The notes beneath the pieces are model-generated. The model worked only from the letters and a program-made list of their open reading frames with translations. It searched no databases and was not told where the DNA came from. The position numbers and the translations under genes are program-made. From an uncultured Gammaproteobacteria bacterium (GTDB lineage Bacteria; Patescibacteriota; Microgenomatia; 2-02-FULL-39-11), in contig CAZJBV010000001.1 in the NCBI GenBank assembly GCA_964544585.1, positions 45,330 to 109,329 on the forward strand: DNA of 64,000 bases, given 5' to 3'. This document shows positions 36,114 to 45,625 of this stretch, piece by piece. How positions within the stretch are numbered: position 1 is the stretch's first letter; each line of letters opens with the position of its first letter.

Positions 36114-36245
36114 ATGACTCTCAACCACAAAATAGCGCGCGGTAACGCGCGCGAACCTTGGGCCGCCCTGCGGGCGGCCCCGACAAGTCGGAACTGGGTA
36201 AGCCTTTACAGTTACGCTCGAAACTATTTTATAAATAATTCTTAG
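36114..36245 (+). CDS. 43-aa ORF equal to the attP-form C-terminus of the recombinase
   Basis: MTLNHKIARGNAREPWAALRAAPTSRNWVSLYSYARNYFINNS*; expression unproven. Confidence 0.4.
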   Translation: MTLNHKIARGNAREPWAALRAAPTSRNWVSLYSYARNYFINNS

Positions 36246-36387
36246 TATTATAAATAAAATGTTGCGATGAGGAAAAGGGGTAAAGGGGAAAAGGAATCAT
36301 CGCAACATAAACCTTATTGCTCGGCCGCTTCGCGGCCTCGCATTATCCCAGGCCTCTCCTTCTCATTCTCTCTTTGGGAAATTTTCG
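36115..36387. repeat. internal inverted attP-like junction
   Basis: 36115-36200 is the reverse complement of 34386-34471 (86 bp); 36198-36387 is the reverse complement of 45440-45629 (190 bp). Confidence 0.92.
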
Positions 36388-36569
36388 AAATTTTTTAAAG
36401 CCTTCTTATAGGTCGCTAACGAGAATATTTATTAGAAAAAGGAGAATATTTTGTCAGAAATATCATGAAAATAGCAAAATACTAGCTACCATATAAAACT
36501 GTCAACAAACGCATAGCTTCATAATTATTTTTACTGTCTTTATCTTTCCAAAGTTTTTCGGTCATAAAA

Positions 36570-39500
36570 TCAACTGGCATTATTTTTAAGCCATGTTTGT
36601 TTAAAGTCGTAGTATTTAGGATTTCTCTCCATGAGCCCAGCAAACAATTTTTCTACTTGCTCTTTGTGGGTTTTAATAGAAGTTAAGTATTCGACTGCAA
36701 CATCAAGGTCGTTTGCAATTAACAGATCAGTTGGATAATCAACGAGTTTTTTAAACCAACGTAAAAATTCTTGGTTGCCTTTTACCTGCGCAATTTTTAC
36801 CAATATTTTTCCATTATAGAAGAATGGCCACCAATACATGTCAGGAAGATTATCTTTAGTATAGTTATCTTTAAAATACTGATACTCCGTTTCAATACAT
36901 TTCTTCCAAAGGTCAAAACACACATCAAAATGTTCTTCAATATAATCCTCAACAAAACGATAGATATTCTCAAAAGTCCTGTGGTCGTAGGTTACTGTCA
37001 TATACTCAAGATAATAAGCGGCGAGTTTTACAGCATCTTCAAACTTCGGTGTATCTTTTACCTCATGGGGTATACGTACCATTTGCCAAGCAAAAATTTG
37101 CTTAATTTCTGGATCACCACTTTTTACCAGACTAATCAATAATTTCTTAAAGGGTCTGTCATCAAACTTTCCTAGTGGTTCCCAGTCCTTTGGCCAGTCC
37201 TTGAAAGATTGTATTCTGTATTCAGCAAAAAATATGTATAATGGTGCTGCTTCGCTTAATACATCTGCTAAATATGATTCATGTCCTCTTTGTTTGTCTT
37301 TTTTAGGATACTCATTTTTAAGAAATATTTGTAAAACTTCAAATGCCTTCTTTTGATCTATACTTCTCATGTAAGTAAACACCATCGCCAAATGTTTCAT
37401 AATGGCAGGTAATTCGTGATTAACCAAATCACGTAGCATCAAAAAAGCTAAATCCTCTATTTTCTTAGAAATTTCAACTTGCAGAAATCTCTCTTTTCTA
37501 TTATCTGGAAGCACAGTGTTACGATTTTTTACTAACTCTAAAAGGGGAATACAAGATTGTAATCGTACATAATAATTTTTATCCTTAGTTAGCTTTTCAA
37601 CTAGAGGTAGAATTGCAGGTATATGTTTTCTTCCATAAAGAGTCGCAAATTTTTGTAAAACCCACGCGCAGTAACCTCTGACAGAACCAATTGATAAGTC
37701 ATCTTCACCGCCTATAATTTTTTGATGTCTATTAAAATTACCTTCTGGATCATCAAAGTAATTCTCAAGTATAGGATCGCTATCTTTTATAAAAATATTT
37801 AGTATGTAAAGAGTCTCATCAAACAATTTTACTTCGGCCAGTTTTTCAGCAAACTGTACAATTTGCTCTCTTGAGTGTCGGTTCGTAATTCTTTCTTCAG
37901 TTTTTGATATGTCATCGCCTAGGTTTTGTAAGAACGGGTATACAAAATCTTTATAAACCCCTTGGATTACTTCTTTGTTTTCTTTTGGTAAATCGTTTAT
38001 TGAACTGCAAATTAGAATTTGTTGATTTAATGTAAGAGTTCTTGAAGAGCCCACTTCTTTTAAAATGCTTACTCCAATACCCAGGTTTTTGACTATAATC
38101 TTGGCAAGATTTTTAGCCACCTCCCATGTCTCCCAATCGTCATCCTTCTTAACAAATTCATCGCTTGTGATGTAACTTATAAAAATCTTAACACCCTCAT
38201 CAAAAGTTTCTGGATTATCTAAAAGTTTAGAGATATTACCCATTACATTAAACGAACCTATGGTTTGTCTTTTGTGATATTCGGGATTCGTTATCCAGCT
38301 TGCGATAATAGCAGCTGCTTCTTTGTGCCTTTCTGCCGCCAAATCTGAAGTTATTTGCTCAACAAAAACGTTAGCCGATAAATTATTATATTCATCAAGA
38401 CTGACTTTTATTAGCGCCCACTTTTGCTCTTTTGTATAATCACCTCTCAATTCTTGGAATATTAAGTCTGCTTTCCATGGAATACCTTTTCTCATTCTTA
38501 CGAAGTCGCTTAAAATGTCAAAGGCTTCGGAGCTATGTTTACCACCTTTATATTCTGCAAAAATAACTGGAATTGAAGCACGATTGAGGAAATCTGGCTT
38601 ATTACTAGAAACATCACTTATTTTCCTAGCTATACAATTTTTGATAATAAACTTCCAATTCTTTTCACTATTTTTGTATAGTTCTTGCAAAGCTGGTCTG
38701 ATAATGTATCTTACAAAGTGGTTGTCTAAGATCGAAAAATTACTACCTGATTGAGAAATTCCGCTACCTGCTAAATCCCATCCATCAAACTTCCATTTCA
38801 AGCGAAACCTACCATAAAAATTATTGTAATGCTTCACACAAAGCTCTTTAAACCAAATAATCCTTTCTTCCGGATTTTCTATTACATAATCTCTAAAAAT
38901 CTCGAAAATAGCGGTAGGGGTATAATGCCAGTACTCCCCATGATCTTCTATAAGATTGAAAGTTTTACTTAGGTATTCAATAATTTCTTCTTTAAGTTTT
39001 CTATCTTTTGTATCTTGATATAGTTTTGTTAATAATTTACTAATTTTCTCTCTTTCCCATTTATCGTCTCTATGTCTTGATTTTTTTTCGGTATAGAAAA
39101 AGTCACTGATACTCGGACTAAATAATTTCTTAATCACTTCAAAAACTTTGCGATTAAGCTTAGGATTTACATCTAAAATTTTTTGACACAGTCGTGCAAT
39201 ATCAGTTTTGATAAATTCTTCTCTAAAGAAGTTGTAACTTCCGTCTTCCAGCACTTTATCTGCAAAATCCAGCGAGTATTCTTGATTATCTTTTGTAGGT
39301 AAGTTGTTTTCAAATATTTGAAATAGGTGCACAGAAAATGCGCTCTTAACTGTAGCCTCCCATAGATTATCCCATTGACTTAAATTTAAGTTTTGCTTGT
39401 CTTTGAGTCTCATCAACGCGTAGTAAAATTCCGAAGGGAGATTAGAAAGTTCAGAAATCTTATTGTTAGCCCATTTTTTCTTCTCTGGATTTTCTATAGC

Positions 39501-40178
39501 TTCAATAAGCCCTTTGATGTCTTTTTCGGCAGTTTGTCTCTCTTTTTCATAACCTGCGTCTTCAAGTATTTGAGTTTTTCTTTTATCTAGTTTCTTCAAA
39601 AAAACCTCGGCTGTTAAAGTCTTCCCTGCTGCCGATCCATCGTACACTTCCTGTTTAACAAGATGATCTCTTATTTCCTCCAGTGTATGTTTTGGGACCC
39701 AAACCTGAAGAAGTTTTGCGACTAAAAGCTCTACTATTTTTTCACTCATTTCTTTTGGAACCTCCCAAATTTTTAACTGTGCCAAAAGTTCAAAATGATA
39801 ATCTTTAAAATTGTGTGGTTTTTTGGCGAGCCTCTCTCTTACTCGATCTTGAAAGTATTTATAATTTTCAATATCGTTCTTAGCAGATCTATTTACCCCT
39901 TTGCAAATAATCACTATTTCATCCTGTTTGGTTACTTGGCCGTGCTCGTGAATTTTATCGAGAATATCTCTAATATCTGCGTAGTTTAAAATTGAGTCTT
40001 TTGATTCACAAATTATTTTTCGGCCATCCTCAAAGACCAAATAAAAATCTTCAAGCTTGTCACCTTCAAAACCAATATATCTAAAATCTGAACGTTTAAC
40101 ATATTGAAGAAACAGCGACATAGCTGCCCAAGCTTGGGCATTAACTCCTTTAACGTTATATTGACCCTGCTTACTCAT
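36570..40178 (-). CDS. large protein: N-terminal PD-(D/E)xK (Cap4/DUF4297-like) nuclease + long helical (HEAT/ARM-like) region
   Basis: G..AQ..A...FEG..LEDF...ICESK at N-term; remainder amphipathic helices, no canonical Walker A seen. Confidence 0.55.
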   Translation of the reverse strand: MSKQGQYNVKGVNAQAWAAMSLFLQYVKRSDFRYIGFEGDKLEDFYLVFEDGRKIICESKDSILNYADIRDILDKIHEHGQVTKQDEIVIICKGVNRSAKNDIENYKYFQDRVRERLAKKPHNFKDYHFELLAQLKIWEVPKEMSEKIVELLVAKLLQVWVPKHTLEEIRDHLVKQEVYDGSAAGKTLTAEVFLKKLDKRKTQILEDAGYEKERQTAEKDIKGLIEAIENPEKKKWANNKISELSNLPSEFYYALMRLKDKQNLNLSQWDNLWEATVKSAFSVHLFQIFENNLPTKDNQEYSLDFADKVLEDGSYNFFREEFIKTDIARLCQKILDVNPKLNRKVFEVIKKLFSPSISDFFYTEKKSRHRDDKWEREKISKLLTKLYQDTKDRKLKEEIIEYLSKTFNLIEDHGEYWHYTPTAIFEIFRDYVIENPEERIIWFKELCVKHYNNFYGRFRLKWKFDGWDLAGSGISQSGSNFSILDNHFVRYIIRPALQELYKNSEKNWKFIIKNCIARKISDVSSNKPDFLNRASIPVIFAEYKGGKHSSEAFDILSDFVRMRKGIPWKADLIFQELRGDYTKEQKWALIKVSLDEYNNLSANVFVEQITSDLAAERHKEAAAIIASWITNPEYHKRQTIGSFNVMGNISKLLDNPETFDEGVKIFISYITSDEFVKKDDDWETWEVAKNLAKIIVKNLGIGVSILKEVGSSRTLTLNQQILICSSINDLPKENKEVIQGVYKDFVYPFLQNLGDDISKTEERITNRHSREQIVQFAEKLAEVKLFDETLYILNIFIKDSDPILENYFDDPEGNFNRHQKIIGGEDDLSIGSVRGYCAWVLQKFATLYGRKHIPAILPLVEKLTKDKNYYVRLQSCIPLLELVKNRNTVLPDNRKERFLQVEISKKIEDLAFLMLRDLVNHELPAIMKHLAMVFTYMRSIDQKKAFEVLQIFLKNEYPKKDKQRGHESYLADVLSEAAPLYIFFAEYRIQSFKDWPKDWEPLGKFDDRPFKKLLISLVKSGDPEIKQIFAWQMVRIPHEVKDTPKFEDAVKLAAYYLEYMTVTYDHRTFENIYRFVEDYIEEHFDVCFDLWKKCIETEYQYFKDNYTKDNLPDMYWWPFFYNGKILVKIAQVKGNQEFLRWFKKLVDYPTDLLIANDLDVAVEYLTSIKTHKEQVEKLFAGLMERNPKYYDFKQTWLKNNAS

Positions 40179-40180
40179 AA

Positions 40181-40789
40181 CTAGATGACCCCACTTTCTA
40201 CCTCGGAAGATATTGGTAGTGTAATACCGTTTATATTGGTATCTTTATGTGAAATAATTTTTTGACAAAATTCTTCAAAGTTATCGCAAGAGAAAACATA
40301 AGTTTTACCGATCACCGGACTAAAGTCATGTATTAGTGTGCGCACAACTTCACTTAGTTTATTCAGATCAAAAACTCTAAAATTTCTGAATTTTTTATCT
40401 GCAAATACCTCTGAAGCAAGATAATCATTTGCATCTCTGTTAATGTTGCCGTTACAGATAAAGTAGAATTCTTCAATGTATACTTTTAATGAAAAATCTA
40501 TAGGAGAGGAGAGGGGAATATCTAAAGCTTCTTCTATGGCTCCCTTAAATGATCTAATGTCATTGTTTCCGCTTTTTGTTATATCACCAGCTTTTATAAA
40601 AACGCAACAATGTCGAGCTTTTTTGAATAAGTCTTTATAAGAAAAGTATAAATCCTTACCCTTTTCGTTCCGGCCATGCATATCAACAACTGGATGTGCA
40701 CCCATAGCTTTTAATAAAGGGATGAGTATTTTTATCCTAAGATCGTCTTCGAGAAGCTCTCCTAATAGTGTCTGAACATCTTTAACCAT
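40181..40789 (-). CDS. restriction-endonuclease-fold (Mrr-like) protein
   Basis: L.PLLKAMG...HGRNEKGKDL...FIKAGDI pattern; start chosen at MVKDVQ. Confidence 0.55.
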   Translation of the reverse strand: MVKDVQTLLGELLEDDLRIKILIPLLKAMGAHPVVDMHGRNEKGKDLYFSYKDLFKKARHCCVFIKAGDITKSGNNDIRSFKGAIEEALDIPLSSPIDFSLKVYIEEFYFICNGNINRDANDYLASEVFADKKFRNFRVFDLNKLSEVVRTLIHDFSPVIGKTYVFSCDNFEEFCQKIISHKDTNINGITLPISSEVESGVI

Positions 40790-40931
40790 CTGTATTTTTT
40801 TCAACCACATTGGTTTCTTCCTGCCTAAGGCCGTAGAGTTTATAAACTAACTCATCAATCTGCCGTTCGTGGCCGAGTGCTTGGTGCTTATCTTTTTCCA
40901 AGATGGTTTTCTTCCAGTCAGATGATAGTGC
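40782..40931 (-). pseudogene. C-terminal relic of a type IIG restriction-modification enzyme
   Basis: startless frame ...ERQIDELVYKLYGLRQEETNVVEKNTDG*. Confidence 0.7.
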
Positions 40932-41047
40932 TTATATATAGGCTTGTCAATTGATCTAAAAAGAGGTAAAAGGATTCAGTATGAAATTCTCATGAGGTAT
41001 AATAATCAAATATAGTAAAGAGTTTAGTTTTACTAATATTTATTACA

Positions 41048-42475
41048 ATGATCGAAGCGACATTATCTCGGGGTCCACTACCTGATCAGTTCGGTCAACC
41101 AGAGCGAAGCGTTGCTTCTCCCAAAATAATATTTCTGCATGGATATACTTCATCCCCACAAAAAGATTGGTATCCAACTATTTCCAGGCAATTAACTACC
41201 ATGGGTATTGATCATGACATACCTGAATTACCAGGAGGAGAACACCCAAATCCACAAGAATGGATAGAAGCGATAGATAAAGAAGTAAAGTCTTTGGATG
41301 GTCGACCCTTTGTTCTTGTAGGTCATAGTTTAGGAGCAAGAGCTGCTCTTTTGTATCTTAAAGACAAAAAACCTGCAAATCTTGAAGGGTTATTTCTTGT
41401 ATCACCCCCAGCTAATCGAACAGAGGATTACAATGTAAAAGGTTCCCAGGGATTCGGTGATTTTTTCAAAGAAAAAATTGATATTTCTGAAATTAAGCCG
41501 TTGATAAAAAGAAAACCAGCAGTAATACACTCACCTACTGATCCAGATGTTCGAGTTGAGCAAGCAAGGGAATTAGCTGATGAATTAGGTGCCAGATTTA
41601 TTAGCATTCCCAATCGTGGCCACTTTAATGATGAATTTCATCCAGAAATGGATGCAGAGGAAATTTTAGATGTAGTTTATCATCAATTAAATAGTACACC
41701 ACTTCCTAAAGAATTTGAAGATAAAAATGTTCACTTTGGTATTTGGGGAGTAATTGGAGGTAATAATGATAGAAAATTAGACAGTTTGGAACCATTTAGG
41801 CAAAATATAGAAGCCAAAGGTATAGAAGCACTTAGAAAAATTACTGATGCTATGCCGATACATGATTTAGAGGTGGGGATTTATGATACTACTCGCCATA
41901 TTATCAGAGAAGAAGGAATGGGCGGATTTGCATGGGGTGATCATAATCGAGCTATGATTTTTTTTAATACGGAGTTGCCTGATGATGTGATAAAAAACGC
42001 AATAGAAAAATATATGGTTAGAACAGTGGCACATGAAGTGGATCATATAATGAGGATGAAAGAAGTTGGATTGCCCACCACACTTTTTAAGTCATTTATT
42101 TTAGAAGGACTCGCACAGCATTTTTCGGAAGAAATTGAGCCTGGTGATCATCCTTTGTATGCGGTTGCATTGCAGGATCCTGCACAAATCCATAATTTAC
42201 TTTTGAAGGCTCAACCAGAGTTTGATATAGACCTTACGGAGGAAGACTATAAAGAAAATGGCAGATATGATCAGTGGTTTTTTGGTAGAGGTACGACTGA
42301 AATTCCCAGATGGACTGGGTATACATTAGGGTATCAGATAGTTGGTGAATATTTAAAAGATCATCCTGGTTCTAAACCATCTACTGTTTATAATGTACCA
42401 GATGAAGACTTTCGTCCTTATATTGAAAAGGTTCTGGCAACAACAGAACAAAGTATACAGAAAAATAAAGATTAG
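41048..42475 (+). CDS. YdeN/RBBP9 alpha/beta hydrolase fused to DUF2268-like Zn peptidase
   Basis: LHG, GHSLG, S.TDP.V, GHF; then HEVDH, EGLA, PRWTGYTLGY. Confidence 0.8.
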   Translation: MIEATLSRGPLPDQFGQPERSVASPKIIFLHGYTSSPQKDWYPTISRQLTTMGIDHDIPELPGGEHPNPQEWIEAIDKEVKSLDGRPFVLVGHSLGARAALLYLKDKKPANLEGLFLVSPPANRTEDYNVKGSQGFGDFFKEKIDISEIKPLIKRKPAVIHSPTDPDVRVEQARELADELGARFISIPNRGHFNDEFHPEMDAEEILDVVYHQLNSTPLPKEFEDKNVHFGIWGVIGGNNDRKLDSLEPFRQNIEAKGIEALRKITDAMPIHDLEVGIYDTTRHIIREEGMGGFAWGDHNRAMIFFNTELPDDVIKNAIEKYMVRTVAHEVDHIMRMKEVGLPTTLFKSFILEGLAQHFSEEIEPGDHPLYAVALQDPAQIHNLLLKAQPEFDIDLTEEDYKENGRYDQWFFGRGTTEIPRWTGYTLGYQIVGEYLKDHPGSKPSTVYNVPDEDFRPYIEKVLATTEQSIQKNKD

Positions 42476-42756
42476 TTTTTAAAAAACTGAGAAAATCGCA
42501 ACTTATATAAACTCTCCAAGAAATCTGATCCGGCATAGCCAGCCAATAGAGACATTCTCCAATCTGCGTTGGCAATAAGGCCAGCCATTTGGCCTGTAAT
42601 TATAGAGACAATTATGGTAATTGCAAAATATTTCCACTGAAACTTAAATTTTTCGGGATCGAATTCTTTAGCTTTGGTGATACCGACTACTGCACGGACT
42701 AGACCTCCCATACCTCCCGCCAGAAATTGAAACGCTGTTATTTGAAAATCCATCAA
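42472..42756 (-). CDS. small membrane protein (holin-like)
   Basis: 2-3 TM helices, GGMGGLVR and AGYAGSDFLE, basic C-terminus; AGGAGGTG RBS. Confidence 0.6.
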   Translation of the reverse strand: MMDFQITAFQFLAGGMGGLVRAVVGITKAKEFDPEKFKFQWKYFAITIIVSIITGQMAGLIANADWRMSLLAGYAGSDFLESLYKLRFSQFFKN

Positions 42757-42780
42757 TAATCACCTCCTATTTATACTATT

Positions 42781-43209
42781 TTAAGAGATATTTTTACTGT
42801 AAATAATATAATCCTGATGGTCATGATGATTGAAATGTTCTCCGGTTTTTACAAACCCGAGAGATTCATAAAACTTGGATGTTCTTTTAGTTTTTGAAGT
42901 ATTGAGAAATATTTTATGGGCTTTGAGTGATTGAGCTATCTTTATAGCTTCTTTTACAAGTTCGGTTCCAATACCCTGTCTGTGCTTTTCGTGTTTCACG
43001 ATTAGGCTTTCAATTCTGACTACTCCTGCCATGAGAGATAATTCTAAAAAACCTACCATTGTCCCGTTTTCTGTTGCTTTTAGAATCTTTCTTTGCTTTG
43101 TCCAATCTATTTTGGTACCAAACTCCTCCAGGTCTGCCAGTGCCCATTCTTTCTTTTGAAATTCTTCTATCTCTTTGGTGGTTTGATTGATTTCCTGTAT
43201 GGATATCAT
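42781..43209 (-). CDS. GNAT N-acetyltransferase
   Basis: HRQGIGTEL, FYESLGF. Confidence 0.88.
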   Translation of the reverse strand: MISIQEINQTTKEIEEFQKKEWALADLEEFGTKIDWTKQRKILKATENGTMVGFLELSLMAGVVRIESLIVKHEKHRQGIGTELVKEAIKIAQSLKAHKIFLNTSKTKRTSKFYESLGFVKTGEHFNHHDHQDYIIYSKNIS

Positions 43210-43766
43210 ATGTTTTGTTTTGACCAAATTCCTAACTTTTTTGATTTTGCTTCTTTTTCTGCAGATAATAATTGTTGCTGATAAATAAGTGGTTTTCTTT
43301 TTTCGTATATTGTAACTTTGGCTAATCCTCTTTTTGCCAACTCAATCGCAAGATTTTTGTCACTAATAATAATGTATGCAAGAATTCTTCCGAATCTGTC
43401 TGATTTATACTCATCGTATTCAATATTTACTTTTTTTCCTTCAACGAGTCTTTTAGCAAATTCTGTAGACTCTTCATCAAAAGGTTGTCCGTGATCCGGA
43501 GTATTTACTCCGACAAGTCGGACGATTTGTCCGTTTTGTAATTCGAGAGTATCCCCATCTATGACTCTTTTGATTTTGGCTTCTTTGGGAAACTCTATGA
43601 CTTGACTGGAGTTTATAATAGGCTGGTTTTCAATCGCATCTTTAATCTCACTTTCATACTTAGTCCCTGCAAAAAATGAGGAGAATGATAAAAGCAGGGC
43701 AAGAGGAATAAGGACATATTTGTTTTTATTTGACTTTTTGTTTTGGGGTTTGGATTTTGGTTTCAT
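43206..43766 (-). CDS. membrane-anchored thermonuclease (SNase)
   Basis: VIDGDT, VRLVGVNTP, DRFGRILAY, AK.KKLGIW. Confidence 0.92.
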   Translation of the reverse strand: MKPKSKPQNKKSNKNKYVLIPLALLLSFSSFFAGTKYESEIKDAIENQPIINSSQVIEFPKEAKIKRVIDGDTLELQNGQIVRLVGVNTPDHGQPFDEESTEFAKRLVEGKKVNIEYDEYKSDRFGRILAYIIISDKNLAIELAKRGLAKVTIYEKRKPLIYQQQLLSAEKEAKSKKLGIWSKQNI

Positions 43767-44854
43767 AAAGTGTATTTTGCCCCACCTCGAATACCCTGTT
43801 GTTTGAGTAATCCCTTCTTTTCCAGTTCAGTCAGATAGTTAGTGGCAGTGCTTTGAGATACTCGACATAATCTTTGCACATCGGTGTTGGTTATGGTTCC
43901 CGTTTCTTTGATAAAGAGCATGATTTTATCTAAGTTTTTCTGTCTTTTGTTGAGTCTTTTTGCGTTGGCTTTCTGGCGAAGAGAGGATATGCCTTCCTTC
44001 GCTGAAGCTTCGGCGGCTAAAGGAGATTGGGGTAATGGGGGAGATGGGGGAATTTGGGGAGTAACCGCAGGAGATGGCTTCGGTGGGACGATGGGTTCTA
44101 TATTTATTTTTGGTTCATCCTGCAGGGACTGGTCTAATTGGGAGGGAGAGGTGTTTCCATGCAAGATATCTCCAAACGAAGATGGCTTGGGAAGAATAGA
44201 AGGAGCAGAAGAAATAGGAGGATTTGATGAAGATGGCGGATTTTCTTTCGCTAGGATCTCGCCGAAAGAGCTTTTGGGAGAGGTGGGAGGCTTAATTTCT
44301 TCTGTTTTTTGAGAATTGCCATTGGCCAATGGAGCGTTCTGGACTGGTTTTGGTGGCTCAGTCTTGATATTGGCCAAGTCGGGAGGAACTTGAAATGTTG
44401 TATTTATAGATGCACTATCTGACGGGCCGGATTGCACTTGAGACGGTGCAATTGGAGTAGTAGTGACAGAAACGGGAGGTGTAGAAATGTCGTTAGGAGA
44501 TGAAGGAGATTGGGGTAATGGGGGAGATATGGGAGAGTCGGAATCGTCCGATGAGGACGGATTGGCCAGATTGGAGGAAGATGTAATCTCGGTGGGTTTC
44601 GGCTCAATCGATGGTGGAGCAACATGGCCAGAATCCGTAGCCGTCTGATTGGTCAAGTCTGGATGAGCCGAACTATTATTGGCCAATGGAGTTTCTACTG
44701 ATTGGCCAGATGTTGATGCTTCCTTGGGAGCCTCATTGGCCATTTTGGTGGAAATTGGCCAAGTGGGATCAGATGTATTGGCCAATTGTGAATCGGCCAG
44801 CTTATCCTGAACTTGGCCAATAATACTTCCTTGCTGGAACTGATCATCAGCCAT
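43763..44854 (-). CDS. Pro/Ser-rich disordered protein with C-terminal winged HTH
   Basis: ITNTDVQRLCRVSQSTATNYLTELEKKG.L...G..GGAKY; start chosen at MADDQ. Confidence 0.7.
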   Translation of the reverse strand: MADDQFQQGSIIGQVQDKLADSQLANTSDPTWPISTKMANEAPKEASTSGQSVETPLANNSSAHPDLTNQTATDSGHVAPPSIEPKPTEITSSSNLANPSSSDDSDSPISPPLPQSPSSPNDISTPPVSVTTTPIAPSQVQSGPSDSASINTTFQVPPDLANIKTEPPKPVQNAPLANGNSQKTEEIKPPTSPKSSFGEILAKENPPSSSNPPISSAPSILPKPSSFGDILHGNTSPSQLDQSLQDEPKINIEPIVPPKPSPAVTPQIPPSPPLPQSPLAAEASAKEGISSLRQKANAKRLNKRQKNLDKIMLFIKETGTITNTDVQRLCRVSQSTATNYLTELEKKGLLKQQGIRGGAKYTL

Positions 44855-44960
44855 ATTAAATCCAGTATACAACAAAGTAAATGGCCAAGTGATTGGCCAA
44901 CACAAAAAGCAACATGGCCATTTTGGTGGAAATTGGCCAAGTGGAAAAAATAATTGGCCA
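44323..44960. repeat. array of 15 TGGCCA palindromes including a 30-bp direct repeat
   Basis: sites counted by eye; TGGCCATTTTGGTGGAAATTGGCCAAGTGG at 44737-44766 and 44915-44944. Confidence 0.85.
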
Positions 44961-45625
44961 AGTAATAATCGCCAGTGGTCACCCACCCGTGCAATGCTCT
45001 CATGATGACACCGATGGAATACAAAGAGGGGTCATCGCACGGGGGGTGAAGGAATTTCTCCCCCGAGTGCCACGGGCACACCGGAAGCACGGGGTAGGGG
45101 GACCCCCGTGAGTGCAAACCCAGAGGACGAAGTCCGACTGGATGCACGAACGGAGGGAGACCCCCCGTGGGAAGTGATTGGAAAATACCTCTGAGGGAAC
45201 CAGGCTCTATAGCACTACGGGCACGGCAGGGGGTACGTGCGAAAAACCTATGACCTGATATAACAGAGAAACTCTCACAGTCTCCAAAAGCGAACCCCAC
45301 TGGCGACATATATAAATGTATATTTGGGAGTACCTTGTTGTTGTCCGCGGATGGGATGGGTGCCCATAAAAAATCGCTGAGGCGATTTTTCAGGGTAAAG
45401 GCCAAGGACAACTACAAATAATTTCCCCTTACCTTATAACGAAAATTTCCCAAAGAGAGAATGAGAAGGAGAGGCCTGGGATAATGCGAGGCCGCGAAGC
45501 GGCCGAGCAATAAGGTTTATGTTGCGATGATTCCTTTTCCCCTTTACCCCTTTTCCTCATCGCAACATTTTATTTATAATACTAAGAATTATTTATAAAA
45601 TAGTTTCGAGCGTAACTGTAAAGGC

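Noticed and set aside
39620-39645. GSAAGKT as a Walker A in the 1202-aa protein
   Set aside because: Spacing is Gx3GKT, with no preceding beta strand or Walker B evident; not called a STAND NTPase.
42472-43766. Prophage call based on the holin-like gene and nuclease
   Set aside because: No capsid, terminase, tail or endolysin genes in the element.
44323-44960. CRISPR array interpretation of the TGGCCA repeats
   Set aside because: Repeat units are 6-10 bp with irregular spacing, and there are no cas genes.
44695-45411. 238-aa minus-strand ORF and the 44 extra N-terminal codons of the HTH gene
   Set aside because: No recognisable motifs; they run through GC-rich hairpins and the TGGCCA array, where stops are scarce.
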